From a virus, in the IMG/VR virus record IMGVR_UViG_3300047471_000162, positions 48,904 through 112,903 of that record: DNA of 64,000 nucleotides. One strand, 5' to 3'. Made by a program: the position numbers and the translations under genes. The stretch's first letter is position 1. The number at the start of each line of letters is the position of its first letter. The notes under the pieces were generated by a model that searched no databases, was not told the origin of the DNA, and saw only the letters and a list, made by a program, of their open reading frames with translations. Shown in pieces: positions 56,670 through 64,000 of this stretch.

Positions 56670-56864
56670 CTAGCTAAGCCACCAGATCAACAATCCGATT
56701 CCCGCGAGAAAGATCAACGGGAACAGGGCGAAGATCAGGCAACAACCACGGGCGAGGAAGGTGGCCAGAGGACCCTCGTGTCCGAAACCATTTTCGAATG
56801 CACTTCCCATCCTGTACAGGAGGTTCGCATCCATGGTGCTTTTTTTGCGCATCCATTTCGGCAT
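56670..56864 (-). CDS. Small membrane protein
   Basis: GAAAGG SD; C-terminal TM; promoter TTGACT-18-TAGGTT upstream. Confidence 0.6.
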   Translation of the reverse strand: MPKWMRKKSTMDANLLYRMGSAFENGFGHEGPLATFLARGCCLIFALFPLIFLAGIGLLIWWLS

Positions 56865-57068
56865 TTCAAAGCCTTTCCTAGTGGACCACTCCCTCACACA
56901 GAGCAACCTATACCCTGTGTGGGGTGGAAGTCAACTAGTCGGTCGCTTCACGGTTGTAGCGGTAGTACGGATGGCACACGCTACACACAAAGTGTTTGAC
57001 TCCGCGCCAGTAGCTATGAAATCGCAACCATGAGACATCATGGCCACACTCTTCAAGCCTGGCCATGA

Positions 57069-57248
57069 TCAACGCTCCGTGAGCCACGGGGAACCGGCGG
57101 CCACGGGGAACTCATAGCCATACGGGTAGGTCTTGTTCGTCTTGCTGGTCACCTTGACCACTACGAAGTCTCCGAGCATGTCTCGACCCTCGCGGACAAC
57201 CTTACCGAGCACGACACCGGACACCATGGACGAGTAAGCAACCTTCAT
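57069..57248 (-). CDS. Small hypothetical protein
   Basis: MKVAYSSMVSGVVLGKVV..., 59 aa. Confidence 0.55.
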   Translation of the reverse strand: MKVAYSSMVSGVVLGKVVREGRDMLGDFVVVKVTSKTNKTYPYGYEFPVAAGSPWLTER

Positions 57249-57292
57249 GGGAATATCTCTTCTCTGTGTTTGTGATGGAGAGCTAGGGGAGA

Positions 57293-57559
57293 TCAGGCAG
57301 AAACGAGGGACTGGCGGATACGCTCACGGGTCATGGTGTAGCCGCGCATGAGGGAATCATACCGGTCGCGGTCGAGTTGAGTCCAGCGGTTGATACCCAC
57401 ACCGGAATGGTCTTCGAACCCGCCTTCATGCAAAGGCATGGGCTCTGCGAAGTCGTAGCCGTAGCTTGCGATCATCCGACCGTGCATGATCTGTACAGCA
57501 GCGCGGAACTTGCGCACGTGCGGGTGATTGGCGATCGCGGTAGCAAGCTTAAGATTCAA
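57293..57559 (-). CDS. Hypothetical protein
   Basis: GGGAG SD with TTG start; promoter TTGACT-17-CAGGCT upstream. Confidence 0.65.
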   Translation of the reverse strand: MNLKLATAIANHPHVRKFRAAVQIMHGRMIASYGYDFAEPMPLHEGGFEDHSGVGINRWTQLDRDRYDSLMRGYTMTRERIRQSLVSA

Positions 57560-57638
57560 TGTGCTCCCTCTCTGTTCGGTGTGGCTCTAGCCTGCCATCC
57601 CAGCCTAAGGAAGTCAAGCCTTAGACCAGAAAAGCTCT

Positions 57639-57914
57639 CTAGCGACAGAACATACAGAGAAAGATCAACCCTAGTTCACACGGTCCATCGAATGCATTCG
57701 AGTGATCTTCAACCAGGCGCGTCAAACCTTCCATGTAATTACCACAGGAGTCACACCTACCCGGACCCTTTGTCCCGTGCATCTCACGAATATTGATACG
57801 CCCCTTGAGCCAGCGTGCGTCTTCTTCCATGATCACACCGGTGTCACAGTCACCAGTGATACACATGAGATCGAATTCGATGCTCTCAAGTTCTGCAATC
57901 GACCACTTACGCAT
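57639..57914 (-). CDS. Cys-rich hypothetical protein
   Basis: GAGG SD; CDSCG and CMFC. Confidence 0.55.
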   Translation of the reverse strand: MRKWSIAELESIEFDLMCITGDCDTGVIMEEDARWLKGRINIREMHGTKGPGRCDSCGNYMEGLTRLVEDHSNAFDGPCELGLIFLCMFCR

Positions 57915-58107
57915 GTCAAGCCTCTCAGTGGTTGTTGTAGCAGTACGGGGACACGGCAGCGGCACGAACCGTGATGACACGTCGCAGGATATCGTATGCA
58001 AGCGTGTGCACAGTGCAGCTCTGGTGATGCTTCAACCGGCTTTTACCAGCCTTGATAGTCTGTCGGACGTTCATAGTCTGCCCCTCTCGTTCGGTATGTT
58101 GTGCAGC

Positions 58108-58476
58108 CTAGCCGATGAGGCCTGTTGCGTCAAGCCCCTTGGCACGGCGCTTACGTCGATACAGCCGCTCATAATTGGTGAGGATACACCAATCTCCCCC
58201 GGATTCGTCACTCAGGATCTGAATGTCGTAATCATTGGCGAGAAGAAATGACCTTACGATCATGACATTAGTCCAGTTCTCGAAGAACAGACCATATGTG
58301 TACTCGAAATTGATTCCGCTCTTGTAGAACTCATCAATTTCACTGATGTAAAGCTGAAATCGGGGATATTCTCCCTTTTGCTGCTCTAGCCATTGGTGGC
58401 GATATCCTCGCCAAAGCACATCATCAATGATCAGACGTTCAACATCACCGTCTGTTATGGTCAACTTAATTTCCAT
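58108..58476 (-). CDS. Hypothetical protein
   Basis: GGAGG SD. Confidence 0.7.
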   Translation of the reverse strand: MEIKLTITDGDVERLIIDDVLWRGYRHQWLEQQKGEYPRFQLYISEIDEFYKSGINFEYTYGLFFENWTNVMIVRSFLLANDYDIQILSDESGGDWCILTNYERLYRRKRRAKGLDATGLIG

Positions 58477-58563
58477 ATAATACCTCCCTGATTGATTCAG
58501 TAAGTCACAGGGACTATAACCCGTTAGAGCTACGTGATTCCCTGTAACAAGCTCAACCTATCA
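58477..58563 (-). repeat. Intergenic hairpin element
   Basis: gagc TT gttacaggga...tccctgtgac TT actgaatc, then GGAGG. Confidence 0.6.
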
Positions 58564-58953
58564 GCTCTGAGCGTCGCTGTCCATCATCTGGCGGGCGAAC
58601 GTGGAAAGCCCGTTGATAGCCTGTGCAAGTTCCTGCCGTGCCTCACGACGGATCCGACCGCTTGCCTTAGTGGCAGCCTTACGCGAGCTTGCAGCGCTCA
58701 CACGCTCACCGTTGGGCGCCAGGATAGCGAACGACTCAGGCACCCCAATGCACTGAAGAAAGTAGAGGTCATTGGAGCGGATTCCCTGTGCCTTCAGAGC
58801 CCGAATCAGGCCGAGACGGGATTCCGTCTCCATCACAATCGGCATGCCGTGCAGACGCGTCTCACGGAGCGTGTGAGAGCAACCGGCAGCGTGGATACGG
58901 ATACTCTCATCGGACTTGACGAAAGCGGCCAGTGAAACACGCGAGTTCGACAT
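58561..58953 (-). CDS. Hypothetical protein
   Basis: GAAAGG SD; IHAAGC motif. Confidence 0.7.
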   Translation of the reverse strand: MSNSRVSLAAFVKSDESIRIHAAGCSHTLRETRLHGMPIVMETESRLGLIRALKAQGIRSNDLYFLQCIGVPESFAILAPNGERVSAASSRKAATKASGRIRREARQELAQAINGLSTFARQMMDSDAQS

Positions 58954-59041
58954 TTGAAATGCCTTTCATAGTCTGAATTACCCTTTGTAATTCAGCCATA
59001 ACCACTCATACATTTCTGTATGAATGATTAAAGCTTAATTA
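58954..59041 (-). repeat. Intergenic double-hairpin element
   Basis: TAAttaagc TT taatcattcatac-loop-gtatgagtggtta TG gctgaatt-N-aattcag, then SD. Confidence 0.75.
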
Positions 59042-59401
59042 CAGATCATCCGCGAAATAGTCGATAATATCCGCGATCTGGTCGAAAGTCAGGTGAAAGA
59101 GGTCATTATCCGTACTGAGAGCGGACTCATAGTTTTCGTCAATGCCATAATCTCCGTGACTGCTGCTCATTCCCGCCCACAGACGAATAGTGGAAGGAAG
59201 CGAGCCGTAATTGCCGTCGAAAAGCGTGTCATTATCCTCGTCCTGAACGATATCGATCTGAAGTCCTTCACGCTTGGCTACCATCCCGAGCACTCCAAGA
59301 CAGCAATACTGACCACTACAATCCTGCAATGCGCCACGCCCCTGGTAAAACTCACCACTACGGAGAGCAGTGGTCCAGAGCTTAGCCTTTGCACGGTCCA
59401 T
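59039..59401 (-). CDS. CCLGVL-family phage protein, paralog 3
   Basis: W..ALRSGEF.QG...CCLGVL...WAGM...ND...TFDQIAD.I. Confidence 0.8.
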   Translation of the reverse strand: MDRAKAKLWTTALRSGEFYQGRGALQDCSGQYCCLGVLGMVAKREGLQIDIVQDEDNDTLFDGNYGSLPSTIRLWAGMSSSHGDYGIDENYESALSTDNDLFHLTFDQIADIIDYFADDL

Positions 59402-59505
59402 GGTGAAGCCTTTCGTTAGCCGAATTCCTATAATTCGGTCAGTAAGCTATTCATCCTATATTCCGTGAGAAATACGTGGTGATGAATAGCAAGCTGATCT
59501 AATTA
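59402..59505 (-). repeat. Intergenic double-hairpin element
   Basis: tcagc TT gctattcatc...gatgaatagc TT actga ccgaatt-atagg-aattcgg, then SD. Confidence 0.75.
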
Positions 59506-59865
59506 CAGCTCAGAAACCCGCGCGTCGATCACGTCAGCAATCTGCTCGAAGGTATAGCTGTCGACGTCGTTGTGCCCTACGAGCGAGCACTCCTCTTCGC
59601 GCTTCTGATTGAAGTAGTAGCCGTCACCCGAATGCATTCCCGCCCAGATAACTACCTCATCGGGCAGAATACCGCGCTTGTTCCCATAGAAGACCGTGCC
59701 ACCGGAGTTCACTGTACGGATGGTGACTCCTGACTCGGCAGCAAGCGCGCAGAGAACCCCGAGACAGCAATTCCTGCCATCGGCAGTCTCAAGCATTCGC
59801 ACGCCCTGCTCGAATTCGCCACTCCGAAGCGCAGCGGTCCAGAGGTCAGCCTTATCCTTGTGCAT
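59503..59865 (-). CDS. CCLGVL-family phage protein, paralog 2
   Basis: W.AALRSGEFEQG...CCLGVL...WAGM...ND...TFEQIAD.I. Confidence 0.8.
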   Translation of the reverse strand: MHKDKADLWTAALRSGEFEQGVRMLETADGRNCCLGVLCALAAESGVTIRTVNSGGTVFYGNKRGILPDEVVIWAGMHSGDGYYFNQKREEECSLVGHNDVDSYTFEQIADVIDARVSEL

Positions 59866-59947
59866 GCTACTCCCTCATTTACGCTGAATTCCGTTAATTC
59901 AGCCATAACCATTCCCGTACGAGACGGGAATGGTTAAAGCTCAATTA
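59866..59947 (-). repeat. Intergenic double-hairpin element
   Basis: TAAttgagc TT taaccattcccgt-ctcgt-acgggaatggtta TG gctgaatt-aacgg-aattcagc, then SD. Confidence 0.75.
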
Positions 59948-60340
59948 CAGGGTTTCGTAGTTCTCACGGATATATGCAGCGATTTGGGGGAAAGAAACAC
60001 CACCATCATTAGCCGTGGTCAGCCCGTCCCAACCGCCAAACTTGGCGCTCTCTGCGAATTCACCCGTAAGGGTTCGCATGCCCGCCCAAGCCATGGTGTT
60101 GATGGTCAGAACACCCGAGCTCTCAGAGGGGTAATCATTCTCACCACTCTGCACGTCCACACACTTAACGGCATCTGCATAGCTAAGCGGAATCCAGACA
60201 GCAATTCCTGCTTCTACTGCCATCTCACTGAGAACACCCAGGCAACAGAACTTACCCTCTGCGAGCAGGTTACCCCTACCCTGCTCGTACTTGCCCGACT
60301 CCAGCCGATCGGCCAAATCCATAGCGATGTGCTTATGCAT
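59945..60340 (-). CDS. CCLGVL-family phage protein, paralog 1
   Basis: L.SGKYEQG...CCLGVL...WAGM...ND...FPQIA..I. Confidence 0.8.
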   Translation of the reverse strand: MHKHIAMDLADRLESGKYEQGRGNLLAEGKFCCLGVLSEMAVEAGIAVWIPLSYADAVKCVDVQSGENDYPSESSGVLTINTMAWAGMRTLTGEFAESAKFGGWDGLTTANDGGVSFPQIAAYIRENYETL

Positions 60341-60452
60341 TTCGTCTCCCTCATGCTGTGCTGAATTCCTATTAATTCAGCCAAACCGACTACCAGAATT
60401 ATGCTGCTAATCAATAGCGTATTTGCTGGTAATCAGTCAAGCGGAATTACTA
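60341..60452 (-). repeat. Intergenic double-hairpin element
   Basis: aattccgc TT gactgattaccag...ctggtagtcggtt TG gctgaatt-aatagg-aattcagc, then SD. Confidence 0.75.
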
Positions 60453-60575
60453 GAACATCTTCTTAATGAAGCACAGCCCAACAATAACAAAGATAATGTA
60501 AAGAACGAACCCCACGATACTGATTCCGGCACCGATTCCCAGAATCCACAGAAGGACAGTGAGCGCGGTCATCAT
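60450..60575 (-). CDS. Small membrane peptide
   Basis: AAAGGA SD; 41 aa, hydrophobic. Confidence 0.6.
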   Translation of the reverse strand: MMTALTVLLWILGIGAGISIVGFVLYIIFVIVGLCFIKKMF

Positions 60576-60597
60576 TTCAGAAATCCTTTGTTAGGAA

Positions 60598-60894
60598 TTA
60601 CATGTACTTGTCTGACAGAGTTTCCAGGAGCTCTGCCAGACTCTCCCACTTTTCGCGTTCCTCTGGCAAGAGGTTCTTACGAACTGCAATGTACACGTCT
60701 CCGAGAGATCGTGCCAGCGTGGTGACCTTGATTTCCGGCGCACGCTCTAGAGCATTCTTTGCCAGCTCAATACGATCCTTTACAGCCCAGTAATGGGTGT
60801 CAGAATCGTCATCACTCACAGCGTAGTGATTGAAGAGTTTAATCTGATCCGAGAATCGCGATTCCAACATGGCAAGTGCCTTGTCGTTGCGCAT
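60598..60894 (-). CDS. Hypothetical protein
   Basis: GAGG SD; promoter TTGACA-17-TAGTGT at about 61027-61055. Confidence 0.65.
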   Translation of the reverse strand: MRNDKALAMLESRFSDQIKLFNHYAVSDDDSDTHYWAVKDRIELAKNALERAPEIKVTTLARSLGDVYIAVRKNLLPEEREKWESLAELLETLSDKYM

Positions 60895-61057
60895 CCTGCT
60901 GCCTCTCGTTGTCTTGCTGGTGTAGATCCTTGCGTATTCGGTGGTGCTTGTCAACCCTGTGCATCCTGGCTTTCGTTGACCCTCATTCGGGTGTCTGACC
61001 AGTGCTGCGTTGTGCTGACAGGTAGGACACTAGTTGAGTCCATCGACCCTGTCAAGC

Positions 61058-61170
61058 CCTGCCCCGAAGCTCTGTAGAGCCCCTAGGAGGCTCTGTGAGA
61101 CGCACCCTAGGCAGTTGGTCTAGGAGGTATGGCAGAGGCCCCTAGAGATGGTTCTAGGGGCCTCTGTGAC
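61058..61170. other. Two-armed periodic intergenic segment (candidate gyrase site) including a hairpin
   Basis: gctctgtagagcccctaggaggctctgtgagacgc...gaggcccctagagatggttctaggggcctctg. Confidence 0.55.
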
Positions 61171-61443
61171 CTACGCGTCCGGGTGTCTGTTGGCTAGTTG
61201 CGACTTGGCCCTCCGGTAGACCCCATCCCATGGCTGGTACATGTCACGGTCAGGAAACCAGGGGTTGGCCGTTACGCACATAGCCATGATCAGTCGCAGG
61301 TCATCCGCACGGAATTCCGGCGCATCGAATGCGGGACAATCAGGCACGTCCTTACAAGGCACCACAACGACTTTCGGAATTCCTCCCGTATGTTGGGGTG
61401 TCAAAATAAAACCATGCGTGCATTGCTCTGCGGCGTGAAGCAT
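61171..61443 (-). CDS. Hypothetical protein
   Basis: ORF in operon. Confidence 0.6.
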   Translation of the reverse strand: MLHAAEQCTHGFILTPQHTGGIPKVVVVPCKDVPDCPAFDAPEFRADDLRLIMAMCVTANPWFPDRDMYQPWDGVYRRAKSQLANRHPDA

Positions 61444-61445
61444 AA

Positions 61446-61700
61446 TTACTCCCTGTGCCCCTTATACAGTTGCAACAAAAGCTCTGCCGCAATCAGTTGA
61501 TCAGGCTTATAAGTGGAAAGGTCGTTCATGCGACATAGTCCAGACTCAATGACAGACAACTGATCCTCTGTGAGCCCTGACAGGGTATAGGTGGGCACAG
61601 TCGTCTTAGTGAGCCGTGCGCCTGTCTGTATGCCGTTAGGACGGCATGCACAGGGATACGTATCGATCACTACGTCGCACTTGTCACAGAGCTGACTCAT
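61446..61700 (-). CDS. Hypothetical protein
   Basis: TGATG coupling. Confidence 0.65.
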   Translation of the reverse strand: MSQLCDKCDVVIDTYPCACRPNGIQTGARLTKTTVPTYTLSGLTEDQLSVIESGLCRMNDLSTYKPDQLIAAELLLQLYKGHRE

Positions 61701-62017
61701 CAGTCCTCCCTCACGTAGTGAAGGGTGTCCTCACTGCTGTCTCGCAATTCGCGACCAGTGGGATTCTCCTCCTGCCAATCCAGTGACACACTATCATTGG
61801 CCAGCAGCACCTTACGGAAATGGTCCGTGATAGCCCAGAGGAATACCTGTTCCCATTCCCCATTAGTGCGCTGATACGGCAGAGAACGGGACTCTCGACC
61901 GTGATAGTAGAGAATATCCTCCCCGAACATGCGAAGAACTGTCACGGGGACACCCTTGTAATTCTCGGTGTCCACCACCTGAATCATTTCGTTCGGTAGG
62001 TCAATGGAAATACGCAT
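61700..62017 (-). CDS. Hypothetical protein
   Basis: TAATG coupling. Confidence 0.65.
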   Translation of the reverse strand: MRISIDLPNEMIQVVDTENYKGVPVTVLRMFGEDILYYHGRESRSLPYQRTNGEWEQVFLWAITDHFRKVLLANDSVSLDWQEENPTGRELRDSSEDTLHYVRED

Positions 62018-62208
62018 TAGCCGATTACCTCGATTCGCTTAAGGGATGCCGGGGCAAGGATCAAATCCAGAATGAATACCTTGTACGCCGCGATTCCGCG
62101 ACCGTGCATTTTGTCGTACTGGGCATCATCATAATCCGACTGGCTACACTCTCCAATCTTGTATTTCTCCTCCCCATTCTTATCGGAATAGGTTACTTTC
62201 ACCTTCAT
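62017..62208 (-). CDS. Hypothetical protein
   Basis: GGAGG SD before MKVKVTY. Confidence 0.6.
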   Translation of the reverse strand: MKVKVTYSDKNGEEKYKIGECSQSDYDDAQYDKMHGRGIAAYKVFILDLILAPASLKRIEVIG

Positions 62209-62280
62209 AGTATTTCCTCCATAATTGGCTGAGAATACCGAATTCAGATTTTGGCTGAATTCGATACACAAAGTCAATTA
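62209..62280 (-). repeat. Intergenic hairpin element (variant)
   Basis: TAAttgact...tatcgaattcag-ccaaaat-ctgaattcggta...agccaatt, then GGAGG. Confidence 0.55.
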
Positions 62281-62674
62281 CTTCTTACGCTTTCGGGGTT
62301 TCTTGGAATTCGCAGGTCTGATTACCACAAATACCATGAGAATAAGTGCTCCCACGATGAGAATGTCACCAGCCATTATGCATCACCCTTTCCCGTCAGG
62401 AATCCCAGGAAGAATACTCCCAGGCCTACAATTATGACGAACCAAAACATTTCTACTCCTAGATGAGGTTACAAGTGTGCTGCTGAGTGTATCAGCTCGC
62501 CCCATCGAACATGCCACGGGCACGGCAAACAGAGATCAGGCGACAGACAGAACCACTACGGCACGCTCCACACGTCTCCCGGTGCTTACTCATCCATCGC
62601 GCAGAGGGAGAGCGGTGAGCCGAGTAGTCGGCGCGAGCCAGATCCTGGCGAGTCTTGCGCTTGCTCATGTTGTA

Positions 62675-62775
62675 CTCCTTAGAGGCTCTGGGCGCCTGTC
62701 TGACGCCCGTTGGTACTGCGGTTGGACTGAGAGACCAGGGAGGGACCTAGAGGCTGTCTACGCCCCTCCCTAGCC
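62675..62775. other. Two-armed periodic intergenic segment (candidate gyrase site)
   Basis: tagaggctctgggcgcctgtctgacgcccg...gggacctagaggctgtctacgcccctccctagcc. Confidence 0.55.
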
Positions 62776-62782
62776 ATTTTTG

Positions 62783-63835
62783 CTAACCCCAGGGCAAGCC
62801 GCGCTTGTCCGCGCACGTGGGACCGTAGCCCACACCCTCACTGCGCGGGTCCGTGAGAGACAGGGTGCAGAACACGCAACGGTGGAACGTGTGGCCAAAC
62901 GTGGCCGCCTGCTCTGCTGTTGCGAGCATTTCAGGAGTGAGCCGCTTGATGACACCCTTGGGGGTGGCATCCCAATTCCAGCACTCGTCAGCCCAGACAA
63001 TCGCGTAAAGGTGTCCAGCCCGGGCACGGTGAATCTTGTAATACTCACCACCCATCACGCAAATGTCATCCTCCTTAAGGCCAAGCTTTTCGACCTTAGC
63101 GGATTCCGCCTTAACAACCTTGGCGCTTTCGGACCGCTTAGCAGCGAAAAGTGAATCAATGGCGGGCGAAATCTTTGCCCATGCCACTGTGTTGTGCCAT
63201 TCCTCCGTGTAAATGGTGAGAAGAATATCGGCGGCCTGCTGATTCAATTCCCCAATTTCGGAAATCAGTCGGTTAATCAAATCAGCTTGTGCCGGACTTG
63301 TTCCACACTTGGACTTACGGGCAGGCTTTCCCTTGCCCGCGATGGAGTGATCCCCCTTGCCACCCTTCATGATGGTAATGGAGGCCTTAGCATCGTCAGC
63401 TCGCAAATTCGGCTTATCCAGGATCAGCATGAGCGTACCAATCCAGCACGCGTCATTCTCGGTACCATCGGCGTAGTCCGAGAGCACATCACGGAACATT
63501 GACAGCTGAAATGCCTGATATTTCTGGGCAATCAGTTTCTGGGTGTCAACGTGCTTATGGTTGCTGATACAGCCCTGAATGAGGCTCCATGCGTCACCCT
63601 TGGGCATCTCCAACGACGTCACGCCAGAGATACGGCTACACGTCTTGCAGAGGGGAGCGTCACTGTCACCAGCACGCATTACGGACCGACCGCACAGAGT
63701 CGCGTCTCCACCCCGAGACAGGTGATTCACCTTCCCGCCGTAAAGCATCCCGCTGGTGAGTCCGTTGCTGGTGATCATGTTCCCGCTCCCTCTCGCCTGA
63801 CTGACAGGGACGACTCTAGAGGATTGAGCCGCCAC
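62783..63835 (-). CDS. DUF6011-domain protein
   Basis: C-terminal CVFC...LTDPRS..VGYGPTCA. Confidence 0.75.
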   Translation of the reverse strand: MAAQSSRVVPVSQARGSGNMITSNGLTSGMLYGGKVNHLSRGGDATLCGRSVMRAGDSDAPLCKTCSRISGVTSLEMPKGDAWSLIQGCISNHKHVDTQKLIAQKYQAFQLSMFRDVLSDYADGTENDACWIGTLMLILDKPNLRADDAKASITIMKGGKGDHSIAGKGKPARKSKCGTSPAQADLINRLISEIGELNQQAADILLTIYTEEWHNTVAWAKISPAIDSLFAAKRSESAKVVKAESAKVEKLGLKEDDICVMGGEYYKIHRARAGHLYAIVWADECWNWDATPKGVIKRLTPEMLATAEQAATFGHTFHRCVFCTLSLTDPRSEGVGYGPTCADKRGLPWG

Positions 63836-63892
63836 TGTCTATGCCCTTTGACCAGCGGTTTTTACCTAATCGCAAGATCGATCTGTCGTGAG

Positions 63893-63930
63893 GTGACACG
63901 GCTGTTACAGCATGCCTTGTCACATGTCAA
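63893..63930 (-). promoter_or_regulatory. Leftward promoter overlapped by a GTNAC-N6-GTNAC box
   Basis: TTGACA at 63925-63930; GTGAC-acggct-GTTAC at 63893-63908. Confidence 0.4.
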
Positions 63931-64000
63931 GGGGCAAGGGAGCTAGCCCAGTGTGTTAGGCCGTTCTAGCCCCTTTGCAGAGCTTCCTAGAACTCGCCGC

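Noticed and set aside
58477-60452. Hairpin repeats as integron attC sites or CRISPR repeats
   Set aside because: No RYYYAAC/GTTRRRY ends, no integrase in the window, the repeats are not identical, and G-U pairs point to RNA-level structure

Overview
The window is a 64-kb piece of a large, AT-rich-for-its-host actinobacteriophage with a contractile tail. A Streptomyces-like host is inferred from the Rpf, the WhiB and the TTGAC-N17/18-TAGnnT promoters. Region 1-13.9 kb holds the tail chaperone, a tape measure protein with NlpC/P60 and lytic transglycosylase domains, the baseplate and tail proteins. Region 14-42.6 kb is a replication, recombination and nucleotide-metabolism module: DnaC-like loader, DnaB, primase, SNF2 helicase, SSB, family A polymerase, class II RNR, RecA, two resolvases, Cas4-like nuclease, ThyX, Pnkp, RNA ligase and WhiB. 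Region 42.7-52 kb is a late or accessory block with SpoVS, Rpf-LysM, a nucleotidyltransferase and a TGT/DpdA-like protein. Region 52.3-64 kb is visibly more GC-rich and dense in promoters and small genes, and is probably the early or terminal region. The most notable signals not explained by ORFs are: (1) a family of covarying intergenic double-hairpin elements separating early genes, including a tandem triplet of CCLGVL paralogs; (2) about 17 two-armed, roughly 10-bp-periodic segments resembling strong gyrase sites, often about 3 kb apart and even inside genes; (3) a near-binary split of genes into TTA-free and TTA-containing classes, suggesting bldA or tRNA gating; (4) a phage Rpf with a GTNAC-N6-GTNAC box, plus SpoVS and WhiB; (5) a +1 frameshift at TTT-CGA in the tail chaperone. 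All calls come from reading the sequence; no searches or folding programs were run.
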